Assembly (NCBI GenBank): GCA_965222115.1
Contig: CBDCTJ010000007.1
Coordinates: 224,001 to 288,000, forward strand
Length of the DNA stretch: 64,000 bases
DNA from: Planctomycetota bacterium
GTDB lineage: Bacteria > Planctomycetota > PLA2 > JAEUHO01
Reading direction: 5' to 3'
The position numbers and the translations under genes are program-made. Shown one piece after another: positions 49,885 through 61,159 of the stretch. How positions within the stretch are numbered: the stretch's first letter is position 1; every line of letters starts with the position of its first letter. The notes beneath the pieces are model-generated. The model searched no databases. It saw only the letters and a list, made by a program, of their open reading frames with translations, and was not told where the DNA came from.

Positions 49885-50248
49885 CCTTGTTTCGAAATTG
49901 GCCTATAGCGCGACATCGCAGGTGGACGCCACGAAGCCGCAATGCCACCCCGTGGCACGGGGCTTCAAACTCATGAGCGGAAGTCGCGGCCGCGTGCTAC
50001 GAGAAAAACTGTTTCCCCGGCAAGGCCCCACTGACTCGCTACTCCTTTGATGCTCATACCCTACGCCATCACCAAGTCGTGTAAAGGCAAGTAAAGGGTG
50101 GCCTTGTCCAGCGAGCAGGACGTGCATCCGACGACTGAATGTGAGTCACGGTCGCCGACTTCATCGTCATAACGAGCATTCGCACGGCTGTTATCCGAGT
50201 ACGAAAGTTGCGACTTGCCCCGATTCACACGTTTGGGATTGCGCCTAC

Positions 50249-50608
50249 CTACAGGGGCGAGGCCACACAACGTACAGCCGACGTCGTTACGAGACGCAAG
50301 GCGTGTTTCTTGGCAGCCGGTACGTCTCCAATGAGTGCTGCAATGGCCTGTTCGAGTTCCTCACGCGTGCAGGCAACCGTTGCACGCTGTTGTAGCGCCA
50401 CACACAGGGCACTACCAAGCGCGACGGCGCCCGAGCATCCACGCACCCGGTAGGCGGCGTCCACGATCACGTTGTCTTTGACAATCAATTGAAGATTGAA
50501 CTCGTCACCACAAACGTTGTCGATTGCGCGTACCGCGTGGGTGGCCTCGGCCAACAGGCCGACGTGGCGCGGATTTCGAGCGTGATCGAGAAACTGCGGC
50601 GAGAGCAT
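50249..50608 (-). CDS. IscU/NifU-N-like Fe-S scaffold protein
   Basis: FLDHARNPRHVG, NVCGD, VRGC, GDVPAAKKH. Confidence 0.85.
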   Translation of the reverse strand: MLSPQFLDHARNPRHVGLLAEATHAVRAIDNVCGDEFNLQLIVKDNVIVDAAYRVRGCSGAVALGSALCVALQQRATVACTREELEQAIAALIGDVPAAKKHALRLVTTSAVRCVASPL

Positions 50609-50694
50609 GATGTTTCGTGTCTCATGGTCGCCGATCGATCGCAAGTTCTCGCGCGGCCCTCGACGGGCGTGGCGATGCCCGTAGGATGATTCGC

Positions 50695-51333
50695 ATGGCA
50701 AAACTTGTTGGCACCAGCGGACCGGTCGAAGGCAAGACGTTTGAAATCGACAAGGGCGCAACCTTTGGGCGCGAGGCGCACAATACCTACCCGTTGCAGG
50801 GCGTACGGGGGTGTTCGCGCGACCATGCCAAGGTGTGGCAAGTAGGTGCACGCCAATACTCCATCGCCGACGTGGGCAGCACCAACGGCACGCTTGTAAA
50901 CAACGAGCGCGTCTCGCGCGCCAACCTCAAAGAGGGCGACGTGATTCAAATCGGTGAGGCCTCGTTTCGCTTTGAACTCGGCGAGGCGGAAAAGCCCAAG
51001 CCCAAAGTGGTTGACGCGGCCGAGAAGGCGCGACGAGAACAGGCGGCAGCCGCCCTTCGTGGCGACCCATCGAGCGCGAGTAGTGCAGGATCACAATCGC
51101 CCGAACCTTCGCTGCAAGTCAAACAGCGCATCTTGCAATACAACAAAAAGTCCAAGGGCGGATCGCAACTCGGATGGGACATGTCGCAAACGGCAGGTCC
51201 CGTTCGTTACATCATGATGGGTGTAGCGGTTGCGCTGTGCGTCGCGCTCTTCTTTCTCATGAAGAACCTTGCGACAGGCGACGGCGAGCCCACGCGTAGG
51301 AACACCGAGGACTCCTCATTCGAGGGCGACTAA
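50695..51333 (+). CDS. FHA domain protein with C-terminal TM helix
   Basis: FGR, SRDHA, DVGSTNGTLVN, LKEGDVIQIG. Confidence 0.92.
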   Translation: MAKLVGTSGPVEGKTFEIDKGATFGREAHNTYPLQGVRGCSRDHAKVWQVGARQYSIADVGSTNGTLVNNERVSRANLKEGDVIQIGEASFRFELGEAEKPKPKVVDAAEKARREQAAAALRGDPSSASSAGSQSPEPSLQVKQRILQYNKKSKGGSQLGWDMSQTAGPVRYIMMGVAVALCVALFFLMKNLATGDGEPTRRNTEDSSFEGD

Positions 51334-51394
51334 CTCTCCACCCTCCAATAAATAAAATTGAGCCCTTCAACAAAGATGGGTCACGCGAACACGG

Positions 51395-52380
51395 TTAGGC
51401 GAATCGTCGAATCAGCTCGGCCAATGCCGACGCCGCATCGTCCCAACTCCATGCCGGTGGCGATACGTCGACGGGCGGAGTTTGGGAAACTGCCGTCAAA
51501 GCCTCAGTCCATGTGAGGGGCGAGGCGCCGCGCGGTTCGGGTACGAGGACCAGTCCCCGCGCCCCGCGGGTGAGTAACTCGCGGTGCGCAGGAATGTCAC
51601 TGGCGATCACGGGCAGTCCCATCGCTAACGCTTCAATAACCGGCAAGTGCGATCCTTCATAGGCGCTTGGTGCCAATAGCCACATACTTGATTCGTACGC
51701 CTCTCGAACCGCTTCGTCGGATGTATCACCGGTTACGTGCCGCAAGGGCAACTTTGCATGGGTGGCGACCCACAAAGATGCTGCGCAACGCTTTCGCGGT
51801 TCGTCACGCCCCACCATGAGCAATCCCGTGCGCGGTATGTCGCGACGCGTTGCGGGCGATAACGACGTAGCGTTATAGATGGTGTGGATGTTCGGTTCGG
51901 CAACACCATGCGCCTCAATCAACTCGCGCTTGACGACATCCGAAACGGTGACGATTGCGCGCGCACGGCGCAAGACGCGTCCGTACACCGTGCGCGCATA
52001 CATCCTGCGATGCCACCGGGCGTAGCCATGCCGATGGCGCAGGTCATGCACGGTAACAATTGTTGGCGGGTTGGCCGTGACGGGGCCGTGGTCCGTAAGC
52101 GCCGCGAGCCAAGTCATCGAGCGACCCTTGGCACGTATCAGTCTGTGCACATGGCGCCAACCACGCCATCCTGCCTCGGGTGCCAAGGGTTCGCGATAAT
52201 GAAAGACGTTATCGGCAACGATCTGTTGAGCTTCATAGCCCGGATCTTGAGACCAATGCACATGAAACGTGGCATGCGGAAGACGTAGCGGAAGCCGTTG
52301 CAACAACTCAACCGTTCGACGTTTCGCGCCCGACATGGCGGATCCGAACGGTGTGGCATCGACAAATACGTGTGGCAATG
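51395..52380 (-). CDS. GT4-family glycosyltransferase
   Basis: VTVHDLRH, VTVS, EPRK, PSAYEGSHLPVIEALAMGLPVIASDIP. Start approximate (TTG 52380). Confidence 0.88.
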
Positions 52381-52617
52381 GACAAGAGTCCCTAAGGATG
52401 CGGGCGTGAAAGCCCAGATCGTTGCGAATAGACCGAAAACGCCCGCGAAAACGCCCGGACGAACAAGCCGCGACCGACGGAGGAACGCGTTCCTGCGCTA
52501 ATTTCTTAGACGTCGATAAGACGATCCGCGGACCCATCCACCGTCGCGACGCTTGGCGCCGTCCGATGGGAAGCAGGATGACCCGCATAACCCTGAGCGC
52601 CAAATGGAGTCCAACAC

Positions 52618-52710
52618 ATGGCTAAGGTTCTTCGCATGGCGATCGCACTCGCCGCCTTCGTTTGTCTCACGGCCTGCACGAGTGGCGGCTGCTCAAGCTG
52701 CGGCGGCTAG
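52618..52710 (+). CDS. 30-aa micro-lipoprotein A (CxxC)
   Basis: MAKVLRMAIALAAFVCLTA-CTSGGCSSCGG; GGAG RBS, lipobox, downstream terminator, paralogue at 54520. Confidence 0.75.
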   Translation: MAKVLRMAIALAAFVCLTACTSGGCSSCGG

Positions 52711-52744
52711 CCCTCAGCGAACTCCGATAGAAACCAATCGAAGA

Positions 52745-52788
52745 CGGGCCCCGACGACTGTGCGTCGCGGGGCCCGCGTTTCGTTTTG
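52745..52788 (+). terminator. Rho-independent terminator-like hairpin
   Basis: CGGGCCCCG...CGGGGCCCG stem followed by TTTCGTTTT, between convergent genes. Confidence 0.75.
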
Positions 52789-52808
52789 TGCTCCGGCGAC
52801 AAGCCGGA

Positions 52809-53414
52809 CTACGGCGTGGCTTGGAACAGCGCCACCGTGGAAGCCACGAACGGCCGGGCCGCGCCCGACACGTTTGAGGCACCGCGTGCGAGCGTATAGA
52901 ACGTATGCGTACCCGCAGCAACCGGAAACACGCGCATGACGGTGTAAGGCTGGTAATACTGATCCGTGCCGACGCCTTGGCTTCGACCCAGGATAACTGT
53001 CCCATCCGATGTGAGCGGCAACGATACGTTTTGATCAGACACGCCCATGAAGATCGTTCGATCATCTTCAAAGAACAGGCAGTGCCCCGTAGAGATGACC
53101 ACGACGTTTCCGGCCGTCGGCGCGTCAATCGTAACGCTATCGACTTCTTTGACGCCAGTCTCGAGATTCGCAAAGTCTACGGACGCGTTGTTCTCGATCA
53201 GTTCAACACGAGATGCATCATCAATTCGTGCATCATTGTCATTGATCGCAGCGGCATGTGCCGCAAAGTTGGCGTTGACTTCTGCTGCCACAGCGGTCGT
53301 GCCTGCAACAAAGGTGTTGGGCGTTGCCACCGAACTAGCCATCGCGACTGCGACACCAAATAGTGCCAGCGGTAGTACGCTCATACCCAGTACGAATGGT
53401 GTGTTGTGTTTCAT
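52809..53414 (-). CDS. Secreted fibre-like protein, paralogue 2
   Basis: Signal peptide; PNTFVAGTTAVAAEVNANF; short coiled coil; beta-rich C-domain; AAAGGAG RBS. Confidence 0.78.
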   Translation of the reverse strand: MKHNTPFVLGMSVLPLALFGVAVAMASSVATPNTFVAGTTAVAAEVNANFAAHAAAINDNDARIDDASRVELIENNASVDFANLETGVKEVDSVTIDAPTAGNVVVISTGHCLFFEDDRTIFMGVSDQNVSLPLTSDGTVILGRSQGVGTDQYYQPYTVMRVFPVAAGTHTFYTLARGASNVSGAARPFVASTVALFQATP

Positions 53415-53499
53415 GAGAAGAGCTCCTTTCGAGCGGTACATGAGTTGATCTGGCAGTTCCACGACACCAACTCTTAGTAGATTCACATTGAGATGCGCG

Positions 53500-54099
53500 C
53501 TATGGGTTTGAGATAAACAACGCCTGCAAGCGCGCGACAATGAACGTAGCGTCGCCGGTATCAATTCCAACGATCCCCTGTACGGTCGCGTCAAACGTAT
53601 GCGACCCCGCGACTACGGGCACGACAGCGGAGACCATCGTGGAGTCCACGAACGCGTCCGTACCGACGCCCTGTGTACGCCCCATAAGCGCACCGGCCAA
53701 CGAACTAGCGCCATCGGTCAGCTCAAATTGAAGAGCCTTACTGTCGCCCGCGAAGGTGGCCCGCACATGCATAAGCACAAGGACGGACCCTGCCGTGGGC
53801 GCGTTAATCGTGACGCTACCCAGGTCATGGACCGAAGTGTCTCCGTCGGAAACGGTGACACTAGGACTCGTCGCCAAACCTTGTTCCAGGTGCGCAGCGT
53901 TATCAATTCGCGCATCATTGTCGTTGATCGCAGCGGCATGTGCCGCAAAGTTGGCGTTGACTTCCGCGGCAACGGCGGTCGTTCCCGAAACAAACGTATT
54001 GGGTGTGGCGACCGAGCTCGCAAAGGCAGCGCAGAGTCCGAATAGCGCCAAGGGAAGCGTAGCCATACCGGCGATATAGGTTTTCTTGGAACTCATCAT
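53500..54099 (-). CDS. Secreted fibre-like protein, paralogue 1
   Basis: Same N-terminal motif PNTFVSGTTAVAAEVNANFAAHAAAINDNDARID; AAAGGAG RBS. Confidence 0.78.
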   Translation of the reverse strand: MMSSKKTYIAGMATLPLALFGLCAAFASSVATPNTFVSGTTAVAAEVNANFAAHAAAINDNDARIDNAAHLEQGLATSPSVTVSDGDTSVHDLGSVTINAPTAGSVLVLMHVRATFAGDSKALQFELTDGASSLAGALMGRTQGVGTDAFVDSTMVSAVVPVVAGSHTFDATVQGIVGIDTGDATFIVARLQALFISNP

Positions 54100-54134
54100 A
54101 ATACTCCTTTGTTGTTCGTGAATCAGTCGGTTGG

Positions 54135-54293
54135 CTACTGCCAGTCGTCTGCGTCCCAGGTCATGGCATCCCAAACAGGACCGCCGCCACCGCCTCCGCC
54201 GCTTCCACCACCACCGCCTCCACAGCCGACAAGCGGCAACGCAAACAAACAGACGGCGATACCAAGCACGAACGATCGAAGTGCGGTTCTCAT
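54135..54293 (-). CDS. 52-aa lipoprotein with poly-Gly linker and WDxxxWDxxxW tail
   Basis: MRTALRSFVLGIAVCLFALPLVG-CGGGGGGSGGGGGGGPVWDAMTWDADDWQ; AAGGAG RBS. Confidence 0.82.
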   Translation of the reverse strand: MRTALRSFVLGIAVCLFALPLVGCGGGGGGSGGGGGGGPVWDAMTWDADDWQ

Positions 54294-54519
54294 GACAACT
54301 CCTTGAGTCGGGATCAGTGTGTTCCCCCGTGTAGTCGCCCTGCGCGGCGAGAATTAACCCCAAAAAGTCGAGACGCGCTGTTCACACACAAAAGACATCG
54401 CGGTTATGCGCTTCTTGTCGTAGAAAACACACAGCGAAGGAGTCCGACTGAGTGCTTGGCGCCATTCGGAAGAAAGCGGAGTGCCTTCTCGAAACTCATG
54501 CGCCATTGGAGTACAAGTC

Positions 54520-54612
54520 ATGACGAAGATTCTTCGTGTTGCCATCGCCCTTGCCGTCTTCGCTTCTCTTACAGGTTGTGCATTGATCGGTTGCCCGCGC
54601 TGCGGCATCTAG
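54520..54612 (+). CDS. 30-aa micro-lipoprotein B (CxxC)
   Basis: MTKILRVAIALAVFASLTG-CALIGCPRCGI; GGAG RBS; 17/30 identical to the 52618 product. Confidence 0.75.
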   Translation: MTKILRVAIALAVFASLTGCALIGCPRCGI

Positions 54613-54707
54613 CACGGACGGTTCGTGATGCGCGCGTCGCGTGACACGTAATTGGGTTACGTGTGTTTGCTTGACGCGGCACAGCCGCCCGTATTAGCGA
54701 ATACAGG

Positions 54708-55760
54708 CTAGGGAATTCCGCGGATGGCGCGTGCAAGCGTTCCAAACGCACGCGCCGCCGCTTCGGGTGTGGGTACCGTTCGTACGTGGTCGTAGCCACG
54801 TTGAATCCATGTGGCACGTCGCTCGTGACTATCAAGCATGCCGTCGATGGCGCGCGCAAGCGCCACGGCGTCGTCGGACGGAACCAACCACGCGCCCTCA
54901 CCCACCACTTCGGGAATCGAACCGGCGGTGGATGCAATCACCGGCGTTCCACTCCGCATGGCCTCAAGCGGCGGGTACCCAAAGCCCTCCGACCGACTTG
55001 GATAGATAAGTACTGTGGCACCGCGATAGAGCGACGCCAGCGCCGTATCGCTAAGGTCCGAAACGGTACGTACGCCCGCCGGTAATGGCCATCGCGTAGA
55101 ACCCACGAGTACGAGTTCATGTTGGGCATGTACGCAGCGTCGCCATGCGTCCAAAGCAATGTCGAGACCTTTCTTGCGGTGACCCGAGGCACCATCGCCT
55201 AACCCCACCATCAACACATACGGTCGCGAGGGCGGTTCATCGTGATCTCGCGTCGGTAGCGGACGAAACCCGTTGGCAATGACATGTGTCTTGTCGGCGG
55301 CCGCGGGATGCACGGTCAACACATCGTCGCGCGTGGCGTGGCTGGGCGTCACGATCATGGCGGCGTCGCGCACGTTTCGCGCGAGCGCACGTTGAAATCG
55401 AAGCGTCTTCGTGCGGCCTTCAAGTGCGCCATGTTGCACGAACGGAACTTCGTGAACCCATGCGATGACCGGCACGTTGAGCGCGGGCATGGCCGACCAC
55501 GGAGAGATAAACACGCTCACGTCGCTGCCATTCACGAGAGAAGGCAACTGCTTGCGGAAGTCGCGCGCGCGCTTGAGACCAGGCGGTCCCACAGTGAGTT
55601 CCCCAAACGCGCTCATGTCGCCGCTGGGAGTCTCGGGAGCGAACAAGTGGAGCGTTTCATTCGGAACGCCCTCTCGCCAGCCCACAATGAGCGATTGGAC
55701 GGCGCGTGCAACACCGCGGCGCGCACCCCACACAAGTGGCGTGATGTCGATACCAATCAC
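54708..55760 (-). CDS. GT4-family glycosyltransferase
   Basis: [36 protein letters not shown]. Confidence 0.92.
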   Translation of the reverse strand: MIGIDITPLVWGARRGVARAVQSLIVGWREGVPNETLHLFAPETPSGDMSAFGELTVGPPGLKRARDFRKQLPSLVNGSDVSVFISPWSAMPALNVPVIAWVHEVPFVQHGALEGRTKTLRFQRALARNVRDAAMIVTPSHATRDDVLTVHPAAADKTHVIANGFRPLPTRDHDEPPSRPYVLMVGLGDGASGHRKKGLDIALDAWRRCVHAQHELVLVGSTRWPLPAGVRTVSDLSDTALASLYRGATVLIYPSRSEGFGYPPLEAMRSGTPVIASTAGSIPEVVGEGAWLVPSDDAVALARAIDGMLDSHERRATWIQRGYDHVRTVPTPEAAARAFGTLARAIRGIP

Positions 55761-56869
55761 GCTACGACCTCACGCGGTCCCACGAGCGCGCGGTAGCAAC
55801 CGAGCGTTGCGCGGGCTGTCGCCCGCCATGTGAACCGCGCGGCTTGTGCGCGAGCGGTATCGGCCGTTCGTTTCGCATGTTCACCGCTGTGGCCCCACAG
55901 TTCGTGGAGCCCGTCCGCGATCTCGTCCACGTTATGAGGATCTACGCACGTCCCCGCGTTGCCAATCACGTCGGCACATGGGGTACCGCGGCCAACCAAG
56001 ACGGGCTTACCCGCTGCAAGCGCTTCGAGTACCGGCAAGCCAAATCCCTCGCCCAACGACGGATACGCCACAACGCGTGCGCCTGCCATCCACGCGGCCA
56101 GCGCTGCGTCGCCTGCGTGTCCCACCAAGGTGATTCGCGCGTCGGCGTTCGCGCGCGCAACAACCGCATCACACAACCACCCTTTCCCACCGGCCACGAT
56201 CAGTTCAGCCTCCGGAACGCGCCCCGCGAATCGATCAAACGCTTCAAACAGACGCGCGTGGTTTTTTCGGGGCTCAAGCGTGCCCACCGACAGCACGTAC
56301 GGCACGGCACGCTTCATCGGCGAAACCGCGGGCAAGGTTCTCGCCGCCAATGGCGTTACAAACACGCGATCCGGTGACACGTCGAAATACATGCAGAGAT
56401 CGTCGCGCGTGTGTGTCGAAGGCACAACGATCGCGTCGGCCTCGGCGGCAACACGCTTCGTAAATGCGGTGAGGTTGGCGCGCATGATCTCGGTGTAACA
56501 GTCGGGCAGGCGCATGAACAATACATCATGAATGGTGGCCACAAGCTTGGCACGCCGCACCGGCAACCATGCATAGTCGGTCAAATGAAAGACATCGGCG
56601 CGCCCTGAAAACGACTCGGCGCCAAAGCCAAGGGGTCTCAACGCGCGCACAGCGGTGGTAGGCAACGCCCAATCGTGAAGCGTGGCACCCGCCGGCACGT
56701 CGTGGCTCGTACGTGCCCCGCGATGTCGAACGCGGTGCGCGTATAGATGCAACGAATCGCCTGTTGTTTGTGTCAGCTCACGCGCCATAGCGCGCGCAAG
56801 TTCTCGTGTATAGATCGCGATGCCGCTCTGCCCAACAACGGCCGCTCGATAGTCAATTGCAATGCGGAT
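55757..56869 (-). CDS. GT4-family glycosyltransferase (probable non-canonical start)
   Basis: TIHD, VGTLEPRKN, YPSLGEGFGLPVLEA; frame extends upstream to (I)RIAIDY...SGIAIYT at ATC 56869. Confidence 0.9.
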   Translation of the reverse strand: MRIAIDYRAAVVGQSGIAIYTRELARAMARELTQTTGDSLHLYAHRVRHRGARTSHDVPAGATLHDWALPTTAVRALRPLGFGAESFSGRADVFHLTDYAWLPVRRAKLVATIHDVLFMRLPDCYTEIMRANLTAFTKRVAAEADAIVVPSTHTRDDLCMYFDVSPDRVFVTPLAARTLPAVSPMKRAVPYVLSVGTLEPRKNHARLFEAFDRFAGRVPEAELIVAGGKGWLCDAVVARANADARITLVGHAGDAALAAWMAGARVVAYPSLGEGFGLPVLEALAAGKPVLVGRGTPCADVIGNAGTCVDPHNVDEIADGLHELWGHSGEHAKRTADTARAQAARFTWRATARATLGCYRALVGPREVVA

Positions 56870-56940
56870 GGCAACTGACTCCTACGACTTCACGGCACAA
56901 GGACCACGCTCATGCAGGCACGGACGCGCACCGTCGTAGG

Positions 56941-57954
56941 TCAACGATAGAGCAAGATGAGCGGCTGGTCGTCACCAGAAAGCGCCAGTCCCTCTTTCAA
57001 GCAAGTCGCCATCTCGACTGGCGACGCAACCAAACGACGCAGTGCCTCGTGCCGTGCCTGTTTGGACGACAGACGCAGGGCGGCCTGTGCAAACGCCTCA
57101 ACCGTGTCGCAGCCCTCCGACGTCATGCGGGCACCTTCGGGCAAGAAACTCGCCGCAAGATTGAACGCCTTGCAACGCATGGTGTGGCGCTGGGCTTCGG
57201 TGGCCTCGTCCCAGGCCGCCTTGACACGCGCCAAACGCGAGGACGCTTTCGACATGAGCGTGCGTTGTTTGGCCGGCATCCGCTCATAGGACTCGCGCAT
57301 GGTTGCTCGCAACGTCTCCCGCTCACGGTCGGTGAGGGTCTCGGATTCGTTGCGGGCTAGGCCGGACACGAACCACGCCAAGGTGATGTAGTTGTCGGCA
57401 TGGGCGCGAGACAAAAGGGGACGCTTACCCGGCCATGCCTGCGCGGCACGATAGTTGAGAATCTTGCGCAGGACAACACTGGCCGGGAGCTTGGGTGCGT
57501 GGGTCATGCGATCTTCGATGGCTTTTCGAAACGCGGCGATCTTGGTGCGCGCTTCCTTTAGCTTTCCCTTGAGGGCCAACTCACGAATGGACTGCATGGG
57601 CCGGATGGGGGCGAGCAGTTTTTCACGATTGAATGTGCCGCTCTGCGTGAACTCATTCTCCAAGGCGTCGCGCAGCGCCTGCTCGTCGTCTGCGCGCAGC
57701 GAGAACTCAAACGCAGTCTCAATCAGATCCACATAGTCGTGTAGGTGCCCGCGCACGAGGGCGGGTGTGCCACGCACCAATGTGTCGCCCGCTTTGCCCA
57801 CGCGAAACGTGGGGTCAAACATCTTCTCCTTCAGCGGCACAGGAACGCCGCCGCTAACATCCGCCGCAGCGGGCCCCGAGAGTCCGGCGACGACCATGAC
57901 GCCAATCACGGCGAGTAGAAGAGTGCGATACGGACTGGTGGCGACCCATTTCAT
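56941..57954 (-). CDS. Hypothetical secreted alpha-helical protein
   Basis: 337-aa ORF with signal peptide ending AAA; no family recognised. Confidence 0.65.
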   Translation of the reverse strand: MKWVATSPYRTLLLAVIGVMVVAGLSGPAAADVSGGVPVPLKEKMFDPTFRVGKAGDTLVRGTPALVRGHLHDYVDLIETAFEFSLRADDEQALRDALENEFTQSGTFNREKLLAPIRPMQSIRELALKGKLKEARTKIAAFRKAIEDRMTHAPKLPASVVLRKILNYRAAQAWPGKRPLLSRAHADNYITLAWFVSGLARNESETLTDRERETLRATMRESYERMPAKQRTLMSKASSRLARVKAAWDEATEAQRHTMRCKAFNLAASFLPEGARMTSEGCDTVEAFAQAALRLSSKQARHEALRRLVASPVEMATCLKEGLALSGDDQPLILLYR

Positions 57955-58063
57955 GCCGCCATTATCGCACCAGGGGGGGTCGCGTGTGTCCGGAAGCGGG
58001 TCCTATCTCACCGTGCCGCGTAAGATCGCAACCAAGCGGGTGTCACAACCCAGGAGGTCTCCC

Positions 58064-59779
58064 ATGACAAGCACGAGCAAGTCCGCGCCCACGGCGACTT
58101 CGCCAGGAAAAGATTGGTCGGCTGGTTACAACGGACCGGTGGCCGCCCCCCGCGGATCCACATTGTCCGCTGCCAACTGGCAACTTGAGGCCGTCACCCG
58201 CATGCTGCTCAACAACCTCGATCCCGAGGTGGCCGAGGCGCCCGAGTCGCTTGTGGTCTACGGCGGCAGCGGTCGCGCTGCGCGATCGTGGGACTGCGTA
58301 CACGCAATCCTGAAGACGTTGCGCAGTATGAAGCCCGATGAAACCCTGCTGGTGCAAAGCGGCAAGCCCGTCGGCGTGTTTCGCACCCATGAAAACGCAC
58401 CGCGCGTCTTGCTCGCCAACAGCCAACTCGTTCCCAAGTGGGCCACCCGCGATGAACACGCACGCATGGAAGCCATGGGGCTTTCCATGTTCGGTCAGAT
58501 GACCGCGGGCTCGTGGATTTACATCGGCAGTCAGGGCATCCTGCAGGGCACCTACGAAACGTTTGCTGCTTGTGGCCGTGCCCACTTCAACGGCACGCTC
58601 AACGGCCAGTTGCTTGTATCGGGCGGCCTCGGCGGCATGGGTGGCGCGCAACCGCTTGCCGCCACCATGGCGGGCGCCACGTTTCTCGGCGCCGATGTCG
58701 ATGGATCGCGCATCGATAAGCGTCTCGAAACCAGATACATCGATGAGCGCATAGACGACATTGACGAGGCGATTGACGCCGCGTGCCGCTATGCAAACGA
58801 GGGCACACCCATCAGTATCGGCGTGTGTTGCAACATTGTGGATTTGCTGGCGCGATTGATTGAACGCGACATTACCCCCGGCGTGCTCACCGACCAAACC
58901 AGTGCCCACGACCCCCTACACGGCTACTTGCCAGAAGGGCTGACCATGGCATCGGGCGCAGCGCTACGCGTCGATGATCCCAAGACGTACGAGCAAAAGA
59001 GTCTGGCCACGATGAAACGCCATATTGAGCAGATGCTCACGCTTCAAGAACGCGGAGCGATCACGTTTGATTACGGCAACAACCTGCGGGGCCACGCCAC
59101 GGAGGGCGGCGCCACCAACGCGTTTGAGATCGAGGGCTTTGTGCCTGCCTATATCCGACCGCTCTTTTGCTTAGGGAAGGGACCGTTTCGTTGGGTCGCG
59201 CTCTCGGGCGATCCCGAGGACATCTACCGCACCGATGATTTGGTGCTCGAGCTCTTCGGCGAAGACATTTACCTCGCGCAATGGATCAAAATGGCGCGCG
59301 AGAAAGTGCAGTTCCAGGGATTGCCCGCTCGCATTTGCTGGCTTGGATACGGCGAGCGCGCGAAATTTGGCCTTGCACTCAATGACTTGGTCGCGAAGGG
59401 CGAGTTGAAAGCCCCCATTGTGATTGGCCGCGATCACTTGGATGCCGGTTCGGTGGCAAGTCCCTACCGCGAAACGGAAGGCATGAGAGATGGCTCCGAC
59501 GCAATCGCCGATTGGCCGCTCCTCAATGCGCTCGTCAATACAGCGTGCGGTGCCACGTGGGTGTCGCTTCACCACGGCGGCGGCGTCGGCATGGGCAACT
59601 CGATTCACGCCGGTCAAGTCATCGTGGCCGACGGCACACCCGAAGCGGCAAAGCGTCTTGAACGCGTGCTCACGGCCGACCCGGGCCTGGGCGTGATTCG
59701 ACATGTGGATGCGGGCTACGACGCAGCATCGTGTTTCGCGCGCAACAACGGCATTGCCAACCCGATGGGTGAGGGGTGA
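58064..59779 (+). CDS. hutU: Urocanate hydratase
   Basis: [49 protein letters not shown]; AGGAGG RBS before ATG 58064. Confidence 0.98.
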   Translation: MTSTSKSAPTATSPGKDWSAGYNGPVAAPRGSTLSAANWQLEAVTRMLLNNLDPEVAEAPESLVVYGGSGRAARSWDCVHAILKTLRSMKPDETLLVQSGKPVGVFRTHENAPRVLLANSQLVPKWATRDEHARMEAMGLSMFGQMTAGSWIYIGSQGILQGTYETFAACGRAHFNGTLNGQLLVSGGLGGMGGAQPLAATMAGATFLGADVDGSRIDKRLETRYIDERIDDIDEAIDAACRYANEGTPISIGVCCNIVDLLARLIERDITPGVLTDQTSAHDPLHGYLPEGLTMASGAALRVDDPKTYEQKSLATMKRHIEQMLTLQERGAITFDYGNNLRGHATEGGATNAFEIEGFVPAYIRPLFCLGKGPFRWVALSGDPEDIYRTDDLVLELFGEDIYLAQWIKMAREKVQFQGLPARICWLGYGERAKFGLALNDLVAKGELKAPIVIGRDHLDAGSVASPYRETEGMRDGSDAIADWPLLNALVNTACGATWVSLHHGGGVGMGNSIHAGQVIVADGTPEAAKRLERVLTADPGLGVIRHVDAGYDAASCFARNNGIANPMGEG

Positions 59780-61074
59780 TTCGCGCCGACCTATTGATCG
59801 TCGGCGCGTCGGAAGTCGTCACGTGCCACGACGAGGCATCGGGCCCGAAGGTCGGCGCGCGCGCCATGAATGACGTGGGCGCCATTCCAAACGGCGCCAT
59901 CGCGATTCGTGGCAGCAAGATTGTTGCACTGGGACCCGAAACGGAACTCAAACGTAGCGTTGATGCGATCAAACGCGTGCACGTGCGCGGCCGATCCATT
60001 GTGCCGGGACTGATTGAAGCCCACACGCACCCCGTGTTTGCTCGGCCGCGTGACGGTGAATTTGCCGCCCGCTGTCGCGGCGCCGACTACGAAGAGATTC
60101 TCAAAGCGGGCGGGGGCATTCACGCGTCGGCCGAAGCGTTGCGCGCAACATCGGAAGACACTTTGGTCGCCGGGTTACTCCCGCGACTTGACGCCATGCT
60201 GCGCCACGGCATCGTGGCCGCGGAAGCCAAGTCGGGGTACGGACTCACGACGGAGAGCGAACTCAAGAGCCTGCGTGCCATCAAGCGTGCCAATCGCCAG
60301 CATCCCCTAACGCTCATCCCAACGTTTCTCGGGGCCCACGTCGTGCCCAAAGCCTCGCCGCGCCGCCGGTACGTGGATGAGATCGTAAATGACATGATCC
60401 CTCGTGTGGTCCGGGGGCGCCTCGCGAAATTTTGTGACGTCTTTGTGGAGCGAAGTGCGTTTCGCAAGGTGGAGGCCGAGCGCATTTTGAACGCGGCCCA
60501 ACGCAGAGGGCTCAAGTTGAAACTCCACGTGGATCAGTTCCGAGACAGCGGCGGTGCCCTATTGGCCGCACGACTGGGCGCCGTATCGGCCGATCACTGC
60601 GACGGCACCGGTCCCCGCGGGATTCGCGCCATGGCCAAGGCGGGCGTCATTCCCGTATTACTCCCCGCGGCGCATCTCTTCACGTGTAGTCGCAAAGAAG
60701 ACGCTCCGCGCGCCGACGCACGCCGCATGATCGACGCGGGGTGCGCGGTGGCCCTCTCGACCGACTTCAATCCTGGCACCAGCCCAACGGAGAACCTCCC
60801 CTTGGTGGCGGCCCTTGGCTGCGCACAGCTCGGCATGACACCGGAAGAATCACTAAGCGCTGTAACGCGCAATGCCGCGGCCGCCAGTGACGTATCGTCG
60901 CGTTTCGGATCCTTGGCCAAGGGACGGTACGCCGACTTTGTGGTGCTTGATGCGCCTTCCTACGTGCACATGAGTTACCGCATGGGTGCCCACATTGTTC
61001 GGGATGTCTACATCAAGGGCACCCGCGTGGTGGATCGCGGTCGCGTAAAGACGCAAAAGAATGGCGCGCCGTGA
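59776..61074 (+). CDS. hutI: Imidazolonepropionase
   Basis: [35 protein letters not shown]. Confidence 0.96.
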   Translation: MIRADLLIVGASEVVTCHDEASGPKVGARAMNDVGAIPNGAIAIRGSKIVALGPETELKRSVDAIKRVHVRGRSIVPGLIEAHTHPVFARPRDGEFAARCRGADYEEILKAGGGIHASAEALRATSEDTLVAGLLPRLDAMLRHGIVAAEAKSGYGLTTESELKSLRAIKRANRQHPLTLIPTFLGAHVVPKASPRRRYVDEIVNDMIPRVVRGRLAKFCDVFVERSAFRKVEAERILNAAQRRGLKLKLHVDQFRDSGGALLAARLGAVSADHCDGTGPRGIRAMAKAGVIPVLLPAAHLFTCSRKEDAPRADARRMIDAGCAVALSTDFNPGTSPTENLPLVAALGCAQLGMTPEESLSAVTRNAAAASDVSSRFGSLAKGRYADFVVLDAPSYVHMSYRMGAHIVRDVYIKGTRVVDRGRVKTQKNGAP

Positions 61075-61159
61075 CGGCTGCGTATAGACGCAACCGCGAC
61101 ACGCCGCAACGACGCTTCTACCATGCCTGGCACGTTCGTGGTTCATAGGAGACAACGCT

